Shown: positions 24,010-36,071, counted from the whole stretch's first letter. The stretch is 61,975 nucleotides of DNA, filler included, from Sphacelaria rigidula (GCA_964200075.2; 11 parts of 11 records of this genome joined end to end with filler, not necessarily neighbours in it); one strand, 5' to 3'. The notes: generated from the letters alone by a model not told the origin. Translations and numbers: made by a program.

Positions 24010-24870
24010 TCTCTGTCTTGTAGCTGTCATATGTGACATGTTCCCATCAGATGTATTTGCACTTGGGTGCTGGTTGCATCTGCTGGTATGCATGACTGAG
24101 CACTGGGGCTCTAATCGGTCCACGGGCGCCTGGATTATTTCTACCCGGGTTCTGGGATGCCTTCGGTTCCGCGGACACCGGAGTAGGGCTAAGTTCTCGA
24201 GTTAGTAACAGGGCGATGTTGAAGATATATATACATATACTTATACACCTCCGAGCATTGTGCTCTTTTGGCTGAACATCGTCAGAATGACCCTTGCTTC
24301 TTGTTATTTCGTGTCAAATACCTGCATCATGCCTGACACATTTTTTATGGGATGCTTTTGCACTTTGGTGCTGGATGCATCAGTTAGGTTTACATGACTA
24401 GGCACTGGGACACCGACCGGTCCACGGGCGCTTGAGGTATTCCTGCCCGGGTTCTGGGATACCTTCGGTTCCACTGACACCGGAGTAGGACAATGTCTTA
24501 GCGTTAGTAACAAAGCGGTGGGTATGATGTTTATCTTGCGAGCATTGTGCTCGTTGGTGAAACATCGACATGTTCTTTGCTTCGTATTATTTTGTGGCAT
24601 ATAAGTGTGTCACATGTGATCCGTTTCCACGAGATGCCCTGCTCTTTGGTGCTGGATGCATCTGCTGTTTCCACATACCCGGGCACTGGGACACTGATCG
24701 GTCCACGGGCGCCTGAATGTTTCATGTCCGGGTTCTGGGATGCCTTCGATTCCGCTGACACCGGAGCAGGACAACGTCCTCGTCTTAGTAACAAAGAGGT
24801 GGGTATGATGGTCAACATACAAGGCTTATGCTCTTTGATTAAGCATCAAAGAAATGATTTTTGCTTCTTG
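24010..24870. repeat. About three diverged tandem units of 280-300 bp in the Gypsy 3' non-coding region
   Basis: Core CGGTCCACGGGCGC...CCGGGTTCTGGGATRCCTTCGRTTCC...GACACCGGAG...TTAGTAACA recurs near 24116, 24418 and 24699. Confidence 0.9.
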
Positions 24871-25107
24871 TCAGCACCACCCCGATTGGTGAGAGGCTAC
24901 GTTCGTTGGGAACTGGCACACCAGTCACCGTTGACATGTCAGATATTTTCCCGTTCATGTCTGCATTGCTCTAACGTCGTGTTCGTTATTGTCTTCATTT
25001 TTCTTTGACTCTCTTTGATCTCCGTTTTGACCCCGGGCTACTGCTTAACCCTTGAGCGTTTTGCTAGGACGCCGAAACAGTCTGTCGAACAATCATATCA
25101 GTTTCCG

Positions 25108-27650
25108 TTACCCGGTATTTTCGGATTTCGACTCCGGATGTGAGCGCTTCGCTGACCCGTTGCCATGACGGTATATATCAATGAGGCGTCTAAATTGTGG
25201 TGTTTCATCAGCTCGATAGGTTAGGCCAGCTGCTGGGCCGTAGTGTTTGAGTGTCAACCTATACTTTCGGTTATAAAGACTTTCCCAACCTGGTCCTGGA
25301 GCGTAGACTGCCACTTTTTCGACAGCGTAATCGTTATATTGTAGGCAACGTTTCGTCTGGTTGGTCTCTCTGGTAGAGGTATCTGTTTGTCTAGGAACAA
25401 CTCGCTCGATTTATCGACATCTGATGCGTGTGGCGTTTCCCGCGGACTCTTTACTCAAGTGAGCAGAATGTACTGATACTTCTTTAGAGTCATCGCCCAT
25501 TTTGATTATGTACACAACCGACGATCGTCTCTCGGTTATCATGCAAGCTCCTCTCCATGGTAATTGGAGTTTCGGGTTCGGCCCTTTTGAGTCATGGTAT
25601 GGTGAGTACAAGAGTACCTTTTGACCGGCTCTGAACACTGGGAACGGTTTCAATTATTCTTTGTTTTTTGCTGGTTCGCTCCTACTTGCAGAGCTTGACC
25701 TGCAATTTCAAATCCTCACCGTAGGTTTTTCCGTGTTTATTTGGAAAATGATTCGGGTGTTGCGGCTTTTTCCGGATGCCAAATGTGGTGAACGCTATCG
25801 ATGAAAGTCCTGGCTATCGACGTGGTCTGTTCATTTGGTATCGAAATGAGAAGGGCATACCATGTGAGGTGGACCATTACGGACAGTACCTATCTACAGA
25901 GTGATCCAGCTTTCGACATCGAAGCTGTTTTGTATTCGACTAGGTCTGTTGACACCCTCTCGTATGGCCGTCCTACATGAACGTGTCCCATCGCAAAAAC
26001 TTGGCCGGTTGACTGACAGCTATCGGTCACTCTGCACTGGCTTCAAACGGTCGAGCACCTCAGCTGATATTTGACGGTGATATGTGGTTCAGCTATATTT
26101 ACAGCGCATGGTCCTTTGGCCCGTTACCATATATTCGTGTAAGCAACGGCTTGCTTCCTGCTCCTTGTCGCTTTTTAAACACAAACAGTCGTGAGAGGGT
26201 GTCCGGAATAACATGAAGTTTCTTCGGTTCTTGTTTATCATTAGTAGTATTATATTATTAAGTTTCTCCGGTTTTTCGTCTCTTGTATCGAGGTGATATA
26301 GCCCAAAAATCGTATTGCGTTTCAGCTTTACATGTCGGCTCGACGGGTTGGCGTACCATTGTCGTCTTATTCGTTGCCGACCACGTGCATACTGTCTTTG
26401 TAACAATGATGCGCGTGAGTGCTTGAGGTACATCGGGCGATGGAGTGTCTTCCTCGCTTATTATACGTGGCTCCACGACAGCTGCTGTCCTTGTTGACGG
26501 GGTATTTTCCGTCCCAACTAGTACTGTCATGTCATTCGGTGGCGGCACAACGCATTTTTGTGAAAAACTCAAACAGGGTTAAAACATTTCACACCGACTA
26601 TAGAACCGTGTGTTGTTTCCATGAATTCTATTTTGTGAGCCCTGTTGTTTTCGACGCGATGCTTTGATTTTCGTTCTGGAATCACGGAACGTTCGTTTTT
26701 CCGTCTGCCAGTCGAGTACAGAGTATAGCTTTGAAAGCACTGCTGACGAAGTTGTCTAGTAGTAGACAATCCGGCCCCAGATTAGATAATACAAACGCTT
26801 CAACAGGCAGGGTTTTTATCCCCAACGTAAGCTCGAAATGAGTGAACCCTAGGATTTTTCTGGGGGAGCCGTCCGCGCTTCCGAGATCCATAGACCCCGG
26901 CGTAACTGGCTTTATATCAGCTGCCATGATGGCCGAGTGTTCATCTATGTACGTTTTGTTGATACACGGCACATATGCTGCGGAATCTATTGTGATTTGT
27001 TCAGCGGGTGTGCCGTTTGCTCTAGCTGCGACTCTCACACGGGCTGAAGCACAGGATAGCGCTAGGGGCGCATCTGCATACCTGGCGAGCGATGATGCGT
27101 TATATAAGTCAAAACAGTGATCGTTCAAGATCGGGTTGAAAAAACAAAACTGCTGCTTCGATTTGGAATCAACAACCCCTGCTCACAGCATTGTTGGTTT
27201 TCCTGGCTGCCGGTTGAACTTGTGTCAGTGCGGGATGTAACATTACTGATTCACTGGGGTACGGCGCAGAATGTAGCATCATGAGAGCCTCAACAGGTTG
27301 AAATTCATCTTCGACGATGATGGCCCTTTGTGTGGCGTATTGCTTTTTCCACGGCTGCTCTGACGGCTGCTTAGGAATTAACTCTCATCTTGCTCTTTTC
27401 AGCTTCTGCTCCTACCATAAACGTATACATCACAGCTGAGGGCTGTTTTGGTGCCCCTCTGCAAGAGTGAGTTACCGTACTGACCAAGAAACTTGCATTT
27501 TGTTTTCACCAGACGGTTGACACTTTTCTCCATTTCATGCGTGATAAGATGTGGAATCTTGAACTGTCTGAAGCTTTCAACTCCTCTCAGCTCGTGGGCT
27601 GGGGTGCGGTAAGACCATCTAATACACCTCACTTTCTTTTGTTTGCTAAA
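25108..27650 (-). mobile_element. Internally deleted, decayed Ty3/Gypsy gag-pol
   Basis: Protease TIDSAA...LGSADGSP..ILG...LLLDNF (26682-27128); RNase H end HVIPDTLSRL (about 26190-26220); integrase RPYERVSTDLVEY (about 25935-25975); FRAGQKVLLY...KLQLPWRG (25411-25653); chromodomain-like KYRLTLKHYGP (25108-25314). No RT seen. Confidence 0.8.
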
Positions 27651-27798
27651 TGGTAGGGAATGACAAGGTCGTGAATTCGCAGGTTGGGTAAATATGTAAG
27701 TTACTGCTATTTCGAGTCACCACGTTTCCAGAGGTCGGCCTGCTTGATTCATTGTCGTGTCTTTCGCACTATGGTGGTGAAGGGTTGGTTGATGAGTG

Positions 27799-27968
27799 TT
27801 TTTCGCTGTTTAATTAGCCATCCTGATGATATATGATGTACGCTGATGAGACTAATTTCGCGTTTTCGCTGTTTGACTAGCCATACAGATGACATGTACT
27901 GCACACCGAGGAGTCAAACTTCGCGTTTCGCTCTTTGATTAGTCATGCGGGTGACATATAAATGCGCA
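27799..27968. repeat. Three diverged tandem units of about 63 bp
   Basis: Each unit starts TTTCGCTSTTT and contains TAGYCAT; the first two end TTCGCG. Confidence 0.75.
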
Positions 27969-28292
27969 CTTTTTGTTTTTTTCTCACACTTTGAACCTCT
28001 CCCCTTCCTCGGGATGAGTTCGTGGTCTCAAGGGATGAACCCATCTCTCCCCCGGTACGCGCTTTGCATTTTGGCTTCGCGGGTTGGGTCAGCACTCCCG
28101 GGCCGCGTCAACTCACGNNNNNNNNNNNNNNNNNNNNNNNNNNNNNNNNNNNNNNNNNNNNTTAATTAATTAANNNNNNNNNNNNNNNNNNNNNNNNNNN
28201 NNNNNNNNNNNNNNNNNGAAGGATGTCTGACACACTTATGAGCCTCTTTTTTCGTGCAACCAAATACCCCCCTCCCTATCGTAGGATGCCTT

Positions 28293-30716
28293 CCTCTACA
28301 ACCTCATGCATAAACGCCCCAACTGGAAAGTTGGTGATTGGGTTTGGATATACAACTGTTCGTCGACCATCCGCCAAGGCATCAGCAAGGCAGCCAACGG
28401 AACAAATTTTGAGGACAAAATTGTTTCTCAATTGGACAGGACCATTTAAGATCCTGACAGTCGGACCATCGCCATCATGACCGGATGATAAACCCGTTGG
28501 TGACAAACTGCTCTATCTCGACTTCCCTCGCGACTTCCAGGGCAAGGACACCAAACGGCGCGTCTCCGTGCACAGATGCAACCCCTGCACGAACCTGCAT
28601 GATATAAGTGACATGCCCAAGTACCTGCCTGCCGGACTCACGCGGTATGTTCTCAACAGCTACTCGACCAAGTCCCCGCCCTCCAATGTTACCACCGACG
28701 ACGTGACGGAACAGCCCCTCCGATTAACCGTGTCCATCATCTCCGGCCACCAGATAACCCGCGGTTCAGGTGGCAAAATTGCTGTGATGTACAAGACCCA
28801 CTGGCATGGTCTCCGGAGATCGTCCTGGAGAATCCGGCCTTCAATTGCACCGCCGTACAATCCTCCTGTACTAGACGAAATCTCAACATCAGCATCTTCC
28901 CCACAACAAGAAATATCGCGACATGCGTCGTGGCGCACCAGCCCGCGAACTTCACCGCGATCAGGGACTACGCTTCGTCGCCGATGGTTACGAACTTGTA
29001 CCTACCAAGACTTGTAAAACGAGGTTCGTTGCAAACCAGCGAATACTGCCCAAGGGCAGCTTGCCTTTGGTTCAAAGGCAGCGACAACCTCTGGTGGTTT
29101 GGCCAGATCCACTCCACTAACCTGGTTTCTGCCGACACATACATCGTGCGCTTCAGCAATGACCCTGGACCCATACAGCTCAAGCTTCGACCAGCACTAT
29201 ACACCACTGGCCCGTCCGCACCACGCGGATCCTGATGCCTCCAGCGCCTCGAGTCCGGAGGACTTCGCCGCGGTCTCCAGCGCAACATCGACCACACGCA
29301 CGACGTCCACGCACCGCTTTGAACCACGCTCCTTCGTTCCAACTTTCCCACCCCTTCTATTGTACTGTTTTCCATCCCTTCTTCTCGAGGACCCTACTCT
29401 ACGACATCCACAACAGGAGCACCTACATCGGACGACGATCGAGGAACTGCTGGAGCCAACCACCACCCACGGGTAATGGAGCTTTAGTATCCCCTATCGG
29501 CTGGCGCTCGATCTCGTTGAATCACCGATCTCCAGGTTATGCTTCCGGTCAAAATGCGTTGGTCGCATACTGATCTTGCAGTTTTTTTCTCTTCGGATTC
29601 CCCCAGGTTGAAACTCTGCTCTCTGTTGTATCTTTGGATTCCCTCAGCTTGAAGGTTTTCTCCCTGTTGTACCTCCCTGTTTCTCCCCTTCGTTTTGCTA
29701 GGACGCCGAAGCAATTTGTGCTTCTTCGTTGGTCGCTAGCACGCAGAATCAGTTTGTGCTTCCGCGTTTTGAAGCAGTTTTTCTGCTCCTCGAAGCAGTA
29801 TATGCTTCCCTTTTTTTGAGGTGTGGGAGTGGGTGCGGGAGTGTTGGGCACGGGAGTGTTTCCTTAGGTATGCTTTACTAGCCGCTCATGACTTCATGTG
29901 TAAGAAAAAACCTTAGTTTTTGCTGCTTTGAGGATAAGTCCTCGCAGCTGTAATGAAGGTTCGTCTGCGTGGGTTAGTGTCATGAGGACGCATATTAGGC
30001 TGTTATATGCCGCCTCAGACCCGTTGATGAGTCCGGCTTTATATTTGCATTTTCGGGTATTTCCAAGACTGCGGGTCTGTTCAGAGTTGGTCAGGTAAGA
30101 GTGTGAACTTGTATATGGTAGAGACGGTTACGGCTCGATTTGCCCTTGTGCAAATCGAGCCCCATCCATCCCACTACCAAGCGCGACCATCTGAACCCCG
30201 CTTTCAGCAAAGAAGCCTAACCCCGGTAAACCTGATTGACTGAGCGTGAGATTGGACTGATTGACTGGATACTGGAAGGTGGAAACCAAGCAATAAAGAA
30301 GAGATATAGAGCGATGCTACGGTAGGGGGGCACTTTTTCCGCGAAAATTTGTCTGGTCCAGGGGTTGCTAACGATTTTAGAAGCACGAGAATATGGATCA
30401 GGGCATCCCCGTTTGCAGATTAATTCGAGATATTCCCAGCACATTGGGATAGTAATCCTGGCGTACTCTCGCATATGCCATAAGTCGCGTTTTGGACGAG
30501 ATTAAGGGCTCCTAGCAATTCTAACCTCAGGAAATATTTGTGTACTCCTACCGTAGCATCACTTTATAGCCTACGCGTGAGATATTGGTACCTTTGGACA
30601 CGTCTTGTGTGAGGCGGTGCCTTGTTGTTAGCCTGGCCGTTCAGTCTGAGGGCTGACCCCCATGCCTTGCCCAGTGAGGCTATGCTTCCCATATATCGCA
30701 CCGTAACCTAATTACA
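28293..30716 (+). mobile_element. 3' part of a Gypsy element (same family as contig 9): integrase C-terminus, 3' UTR and 3' LTR 29978-30716
   Basis: Colinear with 48207-50431. NWTGPFKIL (GPF/Y motif). LTR ends TGTCATGAGG...CCTAATTACA. Confidence 0.88.
30309..30564. mobile_element. Sola-like MITE family A (256 bp) inserted in the Gypsy LTR, TSD TATA
   Basis: TIRs GAGCGATGCTACGGTAGG / CCTACCGTAGCATCACTT, with TATA at 30305-30308 and 30565-30568. The empty site GAGATATAGCCTAC is present in the sister LTR at about 50277-50290. Confidence 0.9.
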
Positions 30717-30925
30717 GTACAGAACATGCAGAGAAAGAGATTGCCAACCATAGTTGATAAGGCTGTATGGAAGAAAAGTACGAAAGGGAAACCTGGAACA
30801 AGGTGGGATAAAGTGGTGGAGAAAGCATGGAAAGAGGTAGGAGGAAACCAATACGAAATACTGTCCATAGATGAAGGCGCGGGGTACAAGACAAACGTAA
30901 GAGATACAGACAGCGTCAGATGTTG
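30717..30925 (+). mobile_element. LINE fragment (post-RT region, probably family F2) into which the Gypsy element inserted
   Basis: VQNMQRKRLPTIVDKAVWKKSTKGKPGTRWDKVVEKAWKEVGG starts immediately after the LTR's terminal CA; typical LINE motif M...RLP......G.R..RW. Confidence 0.65.
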
Positions 30926-31419
30926 AGAAATTAGTACTTAGGCTCGCTTTATTGAAAAAAAATACGGGTGAGCGTTTGTGCTGAACTCAAAGGGGGGAAT
31001 AATGATCAGAAACTGGGGAGTTGCAAGAGGATCGGCAGGTAAGAATCTGTAAGAATGCACTGCATCTCAGTATAAAAAGAAACTGTCTCCACAGCCACCA
31101 TTACTATGCCAGGCCCCCAAATAAGCTATCTCCTCTCTTCAACCGGCGAACCACATTGATATTCACTGGAACACCCCAAGGATGATGACAATTTGCTAGG
31201 ATACCCCATGGATAATGACAATCTTTATGAAATTAGTTCATTTCGTATTTTGCTCCGATTTTGTCTTTCGGTGCAAGACTGGTTTACGTACTGCTTACTG
31301 CTCGCGCACGGCACAGTACTGTATCTGTAGTCTCTTTTGGCAGAGGATAGGGGTAGGGGGTACCTTGACGTGCACACCTGCACGACATCGCCTCCTTTGA
31401 TTCACAGTGGTAAGGGTCC

Positions 31420-32439
31420 GTCACGATGAATCTATACCACGACGCTTTGCGGGATCTGACGGCTCTTGCAGAGTTCAAATCTGACGGCGGGATCCTTGAT
31501 CGATATTTCGTGCTGATCAAGAAGCATGTCATCAAGTGTCACCTTGTTGGTGCCTCGAGCTTAGAGGGGATGCGCATGTCGTTGCCCAGGGACAAGATCC
31601 GAAGTACGGTCGGTTTCAGCTTAATGAACGGTTCAACTCCGACCAGGTGCCCTTGCCTTTCGTGAACAGCCAGTCGGAAACGTGGGCACCCAAGGGAAAC
31701 AAACGCATCACTATCGCGCAGCCGTTCAGTGGGCTGGATAAGAGACAGTGCACGATCCTAGCGATCATTGGGCTGGGTGGAAAGCTTATGCGATGAGCAA
31801 CCATTTTTCGAGGAACCGGGAAGCAGATCTCGAAGGCGGCGAAGGAGGCGTATGACCCTCGCGTTGACGTTTCTTCCAGAAAAATGCGTGGGCGGACAGC
31901 GGGTTCTGCATGGCGTGGGCGAAGAAGTGCTTCCGCAAACGCCTTATGCAAGGGCAAAATGAGGTGCCCTCGGAGGAATCGCTACTCGTACTGACTGTCG
32001 ATAAGTTTTTGGGACAAACAAGGGGCTAATTCAAGGCATATATGAAGAAGTGCAACTCGTTGGTGTGATTTTACCCCGGAGGGTGCACGGACGCACTGCA
32101 GCCCATCGATGTAGGCCTGGTGCACTCATCAAGCACGAGGTTGGGAAGCAATTCGACTCATGGCTTGAAGACGGGGACAGTCTGGAACGGTGGGAGAGTG
32201 TCTCGTTGACGGCATCTGCTCGACGCGTCCTGCTGACCAGGTGGGTCGCAGAAGCTGTGGCCATCATCGCCAATCGGCCCGGCTACAGATTCCGCCTGTT
32301 CGAGAAGACAGGAGCCCTGATGACGACGGACGGAACTGGTGACGATCGACTCAGACTGGAGGGATTGACGAAGCCTTCGGCGTTCATGAACGATGGGAGC
32401 AACGACGAGGGGGACGAGGTCGAGGAGGACAGCGGGTAA
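31420..32439 (+). pseudogene. pogo-family (DDE_1, CENP-B-like) transposase relic
   Basis: RFNSDQVPLPF...TWAPKG, DKRQCT, IFRGTG, QKNAWAD, PGGCTDALQPIDVG, LTASARRVLLTRWVAEA and FEKTG, with several stops and frameshifts. Confidence 0.85.
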
Positions 32440-32586
32440 GGGAAAAGTGGGCAAGGAGAATATGGGAAAAGTGATGAAGGTATTCAAGGGCAGGAAGGAG
32501 GGGTTGGTGATGGGAGTGGAGAAGAAACGGGTGGAGCAGGGTGTGCGTAGGAAAAGTAAGGAGGAGAAACAAGGGCCAGGGTAGCG

Positions 32587-32710
32587 GGGACGAGGACAAT
32601 GAGAACGAGGACAGTGAAGACAAGGACAGTGAGGACAAGGACAGTGAAAACAAGGACAGGGAAGACAAGGACAGTGAGGACGAGGACAGTGAAGAGGGAG
32701 ACAAAGACAG
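32587..32710 (+). repeat. 15-bp minisatellite (GAGGACAAGGACAGT-like), probably the acidic tail of the pogo transposase
   Basis: About 7 units encoding EDKDS-like repeats downstream of the transposase. Confidence 0.75.
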
Positions 32711-33955
32711 CCGGAACAAGGTAGCGGAAAGCGGGATTTTGTTTGTGTTGTTTCTTCAAGTCTCGTTTGCATCAGAGCTTGTGGGTGGTTCACTGTGTGG
32801 GTCAGTCGATATAGCAGTTCGAGTATTTCGTTTCGTGCGGACCTGACATGAAGTACCGTGGCTTACAGTATGACTGACGGCATAGCTCTCTGGTCGTGAA
32901 TGTCCCCGGATTTTGGCCCTTGTGCCACGAGGAATGTGTCCCCCTTTCATGTTCGTTTGCGCCAACGCTCTACCTTGTACGGTAGTCAGGTGTCTCTGAC
33001 AGCGGGAAATACCCGCTGAGTCCGGTGGACGATGAAGACGACATGTAACCGAACGATGCGCCTACCGGGATGGTGGTCGTGGACGGGCTTCGCCTTCAAC
33101 AGTCGAGACCACCTGCTTTGGGTAGTTCCTTAGGGAAACGTGGAGTGCTGTTAAGATTGAGCATGAGGTGGCTTGTTGGCCTGATCACTCGCAAGAGTCA
33201 GGAGCGCACCAGAGACTTATGCAATCATCCTGTGCATCTTGAAGAAGATCAGAGCGTGCACAGCATGAAGCTACTGTTAGCTACATACAGCACGGAAGCG
33301 ATCGCGCCGGTGGGTTCGCAGGTCTTAGTAAACCCTACTAGCAAGCAGCAGAGGGGGATTACGGTCGGAAAGGGCGGGCAGAACAGCTAGCGTGGAGATC
33401 CAGAAACAGACCAGCAAATACCGGCAGTCAGTAGCAGAGGGAGAGTACTAACGCCCAACATGCGTACTATAGATCATGTTGATTGAGTGCCTCTTCTGTC
33501 TCCAGTAGTACACTGCTACAACAGTTTTGTAGTCATCGGGGGTGGGCAGCATGAACTTTCACCCCTGCATCCCTGGAGAACTTCGTCATGCAATGCGAAT
33601 CTGGTGGAACACAGTATGCGTGATGGACGCGATGTTCCAAGCATGATTGTTAACAATCGCTCAGGGGGGTGTACTCATGATCATGCATGCCATACTCATA
33701 AGACCATTGACCTCGCATCCCTACGAAGCGGGGTGGAGCACGCCGGGTTTTCGCCGGACCNNNNNNNNNNNNNNNNNNNNNNNNNNNNNNNNNNNNNNNN
33801 NNNNTTAATTAATTAANNNNNNNNNNNNNNNNNNNNNNNNNNNNNNNNNNNNNNNNNNNNCGTCTCGAAAGGATACGTAGTCAATGGTCAAACGACCAAG
33901 GCAAGCAACAAATGAGTACCCCCCCCCCCTCCAGGAGGGCAATTTTCCAACATGT

Positions 33956-34180
33956 GTCATGATTTTGTGATCTTTGTTGTTAAATATCGTTGAAGAAATC
34001 GATTAAGAAACACTGACAAAAACCGAAAAGTCTGGTGCGCTTTCGGTCGTATACTTTCTTCTGCTCCTTGCCCGCTCCGTCCCGATGACCTCGGATGCTG
34101 GCGACGCTCACACGCACGTATGCACACTTGCGCACGGTAGCGACAGCCTGTAGCCAAAGAAGCAACATTATCTCACGCCT
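33956..34180. repeat. Dispersed repeat; reverse-complement copy at 56765-57025
   Basis: CAGCCTGTAGCCAAAG.AGCAACATTATCTCACGCCT and TTCTTCTGCTCCTTGCCCGCT match in reverse complement. Confidence 0.85.
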
Positions 34181-34529
34181 TGCCAAGCTTGTCCAGGCTG
34201 CTGGTAGGTACTCGAAGCACACGGCACGGAACATGTTCCCATACTTCCTCTGTGTCATCAGTAAATATCCTTATGATTGCACGGACCCTGAACGGTGTCC
34301 GATGCCGTAGGCGACAATTGTTTTTAAAACTTCGATGCTTTTTTAGTTGAATTCCGTTTTTTTTTCGCATGCACCCCCCTGCATGCATGAACGGCCGAAA
34401 AAACAAATGCCGGCCCAAAAATGGCCTATTTATGCCTCTTCGGAGGGCTGAAAAGTGGCGAAAGAAAAAACAAAAACCGTAAAAAAACAACAACTTGATT
34501 GTCCTCGCCGTCACTCGTGGACGCCGCTT

Positions 34530-34910
34530 CGTGAAGGCCTCCTGATCATATTTTACCACCCTCGCTAACGTTCTTGCCTTCTGCCGCGTCGTCACCCCGG
34601 TATGCTTCACACTAAAGTCCTTATCGCCCATTCTACGTAGTGTCTGGTTGTGAACCTTGAAGAGGCTCTGCCAAACCCGTTTTAATGTGGTCCCATCGTA
34701 CTCCTCGTACTGTTGAAAGATAGTCTTCACCAACTCGTCTATCGAACTGGCGTTTATCTCCCATACCCTCGACTTGAGCGATGCGAAGAAGCCCATGTCG
34801 TTGACATTAAAGTCAGGCGACTGGGCAGGCTGCGTGACAAGCTCTACCACCCAACCCCGCCCCATCCCCGCAGAGTTAAGTATCGCTATCTCCCCCGCCA
34901 TGGCAGTACA
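34530..34910 (-). pseudogene. Tc1/mariner transposase C-terminal fragment, DD39D (plant-mariner)-like
   Basis: LVTQPAQSPDFNVNDMGFFASLKS...SIDELV...LKRVWQSL...GD.DF...H matches the QP..SPD.N..D.GFF signature. The N-terminal part is missing. Confidence 0.8.
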
Positions 34911-35687
34911 ACGTCCCACCAATAGTTCGGCGCCCCGTTCATGTTTAGGGGGCGTATCAATCGTGGTCGTGGGGGTTAGTGGGCGCTAAAACGTCCAAAA
35001 CATCATGAATTCTCACACAAAAAAAAAAAAAACAGAAAAAATGTCCCAAAATCCCGCCAAAATTCCCAGTTTTCGACCCACTAATTCTCGAAGAGTACGA
35101 CTTGAATTTTTTTAATGAGTATCACCTTATCAATAGCTCTTCAGCAAACCTAAATAGTTATAGCACTGTGGGCAACTCCATTGGCGAGATATGATCTATC
35201 CCCCATGAGGACATTTTCTTATGGCACAGAGGAAGTATAACTTATAACTTGGGATTATCTCCCCCGACCAGCGTATATATACCCCTGCAGAAAAAAGGGA
35301 CAAATCTCTCCCACGTGAAAGTGTATTTCTTGCGGGTGCAGGCAATGCAGTATCTGTATTCAAAATATATGGTGACTCACATAAACCTAGGGGCTCGGTA
35401 CAACAGTACCCATAAAGGCTCCCTCATCTTTGTGGGTTCATACAGTCGACATCACTAGGGTGATATACGCCGTGTAAATATTCAGACCTTGCACAGTTTT
35501 ACACTCGTACGCGGCGTAGATATTGATAGAACAGCCCGTACGCGATGGGATAACAGGCGTTGGAGTCTGTAAAATATACTGTACGCGTGGAAGGTATTCC
35601 ACAGGGAGGGAGGTCTACATGATCTCGAACTTCGTTGATATCAAGCAAATGAAATATATTTCAGGGTAAGTTGAGCAGGGTAAATAC

Positions 35688-36071
35688 CACACGCGGCCAT
35701 TTCTCTACCCCCAAAAATACTCCGTTCCGGTCAACTTTTCGAGCTTCCAGAGTAATTACACGCCTCCAGAGGGTGCGCGGCCCTCCAGAGGGGTGGGATC
35801 AAACGCCTCCAGATGTTTGTTTCCCTCTGGCGGGCCACGCATCCCTCCGGAGGAATTTGGAGGATGCGCGACCCTCCAGAGCACCATTTTTTTTGTTACT
35901 CTCGAGGGATGTAGACGTCAGAAGTCACTGGAGCATCAGATGCCCTCCAGAGGATTCTTTTATGACCGCGCCTGGGGATGAAATACCCTCTAGAGGGTAT
36001 ATGTACCCTCGAGAAGAGGATGAAAATCGCGACAGAGGACTTTTATGGGGGTAGCCGAATGGCCGAGTGTG
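35688..36071. mobile_element. MITE with CAC...GTG ends and many CCTCYAGAGG-type motifs; partial copy at about 51325-51618
   Basis: Imperfect TIRs CACACGCGGCCATTTTCTCTACCCCC / GGGGGTAGCCGAATGGCCGAGTGTG. No TSD seen. Confidence 0.7.

Noticed and set aside
24665..24700. Twister-like GTCCCAGTGCCCGG on the minus strand
   Set aside because: Lacks the UAA cleavage segment and pseudoknot partner, and is not kept in the other two units.
27820..27870. CTGATGA motifs suggesting a hammerhead ribozyme
   Set aside because: No GAAA after a stem II on the same strand.
32976..33460. Possible solo LTR (TG...CA)
   Set aside because: No TSD, no terminal inverted repeat and no second copy.
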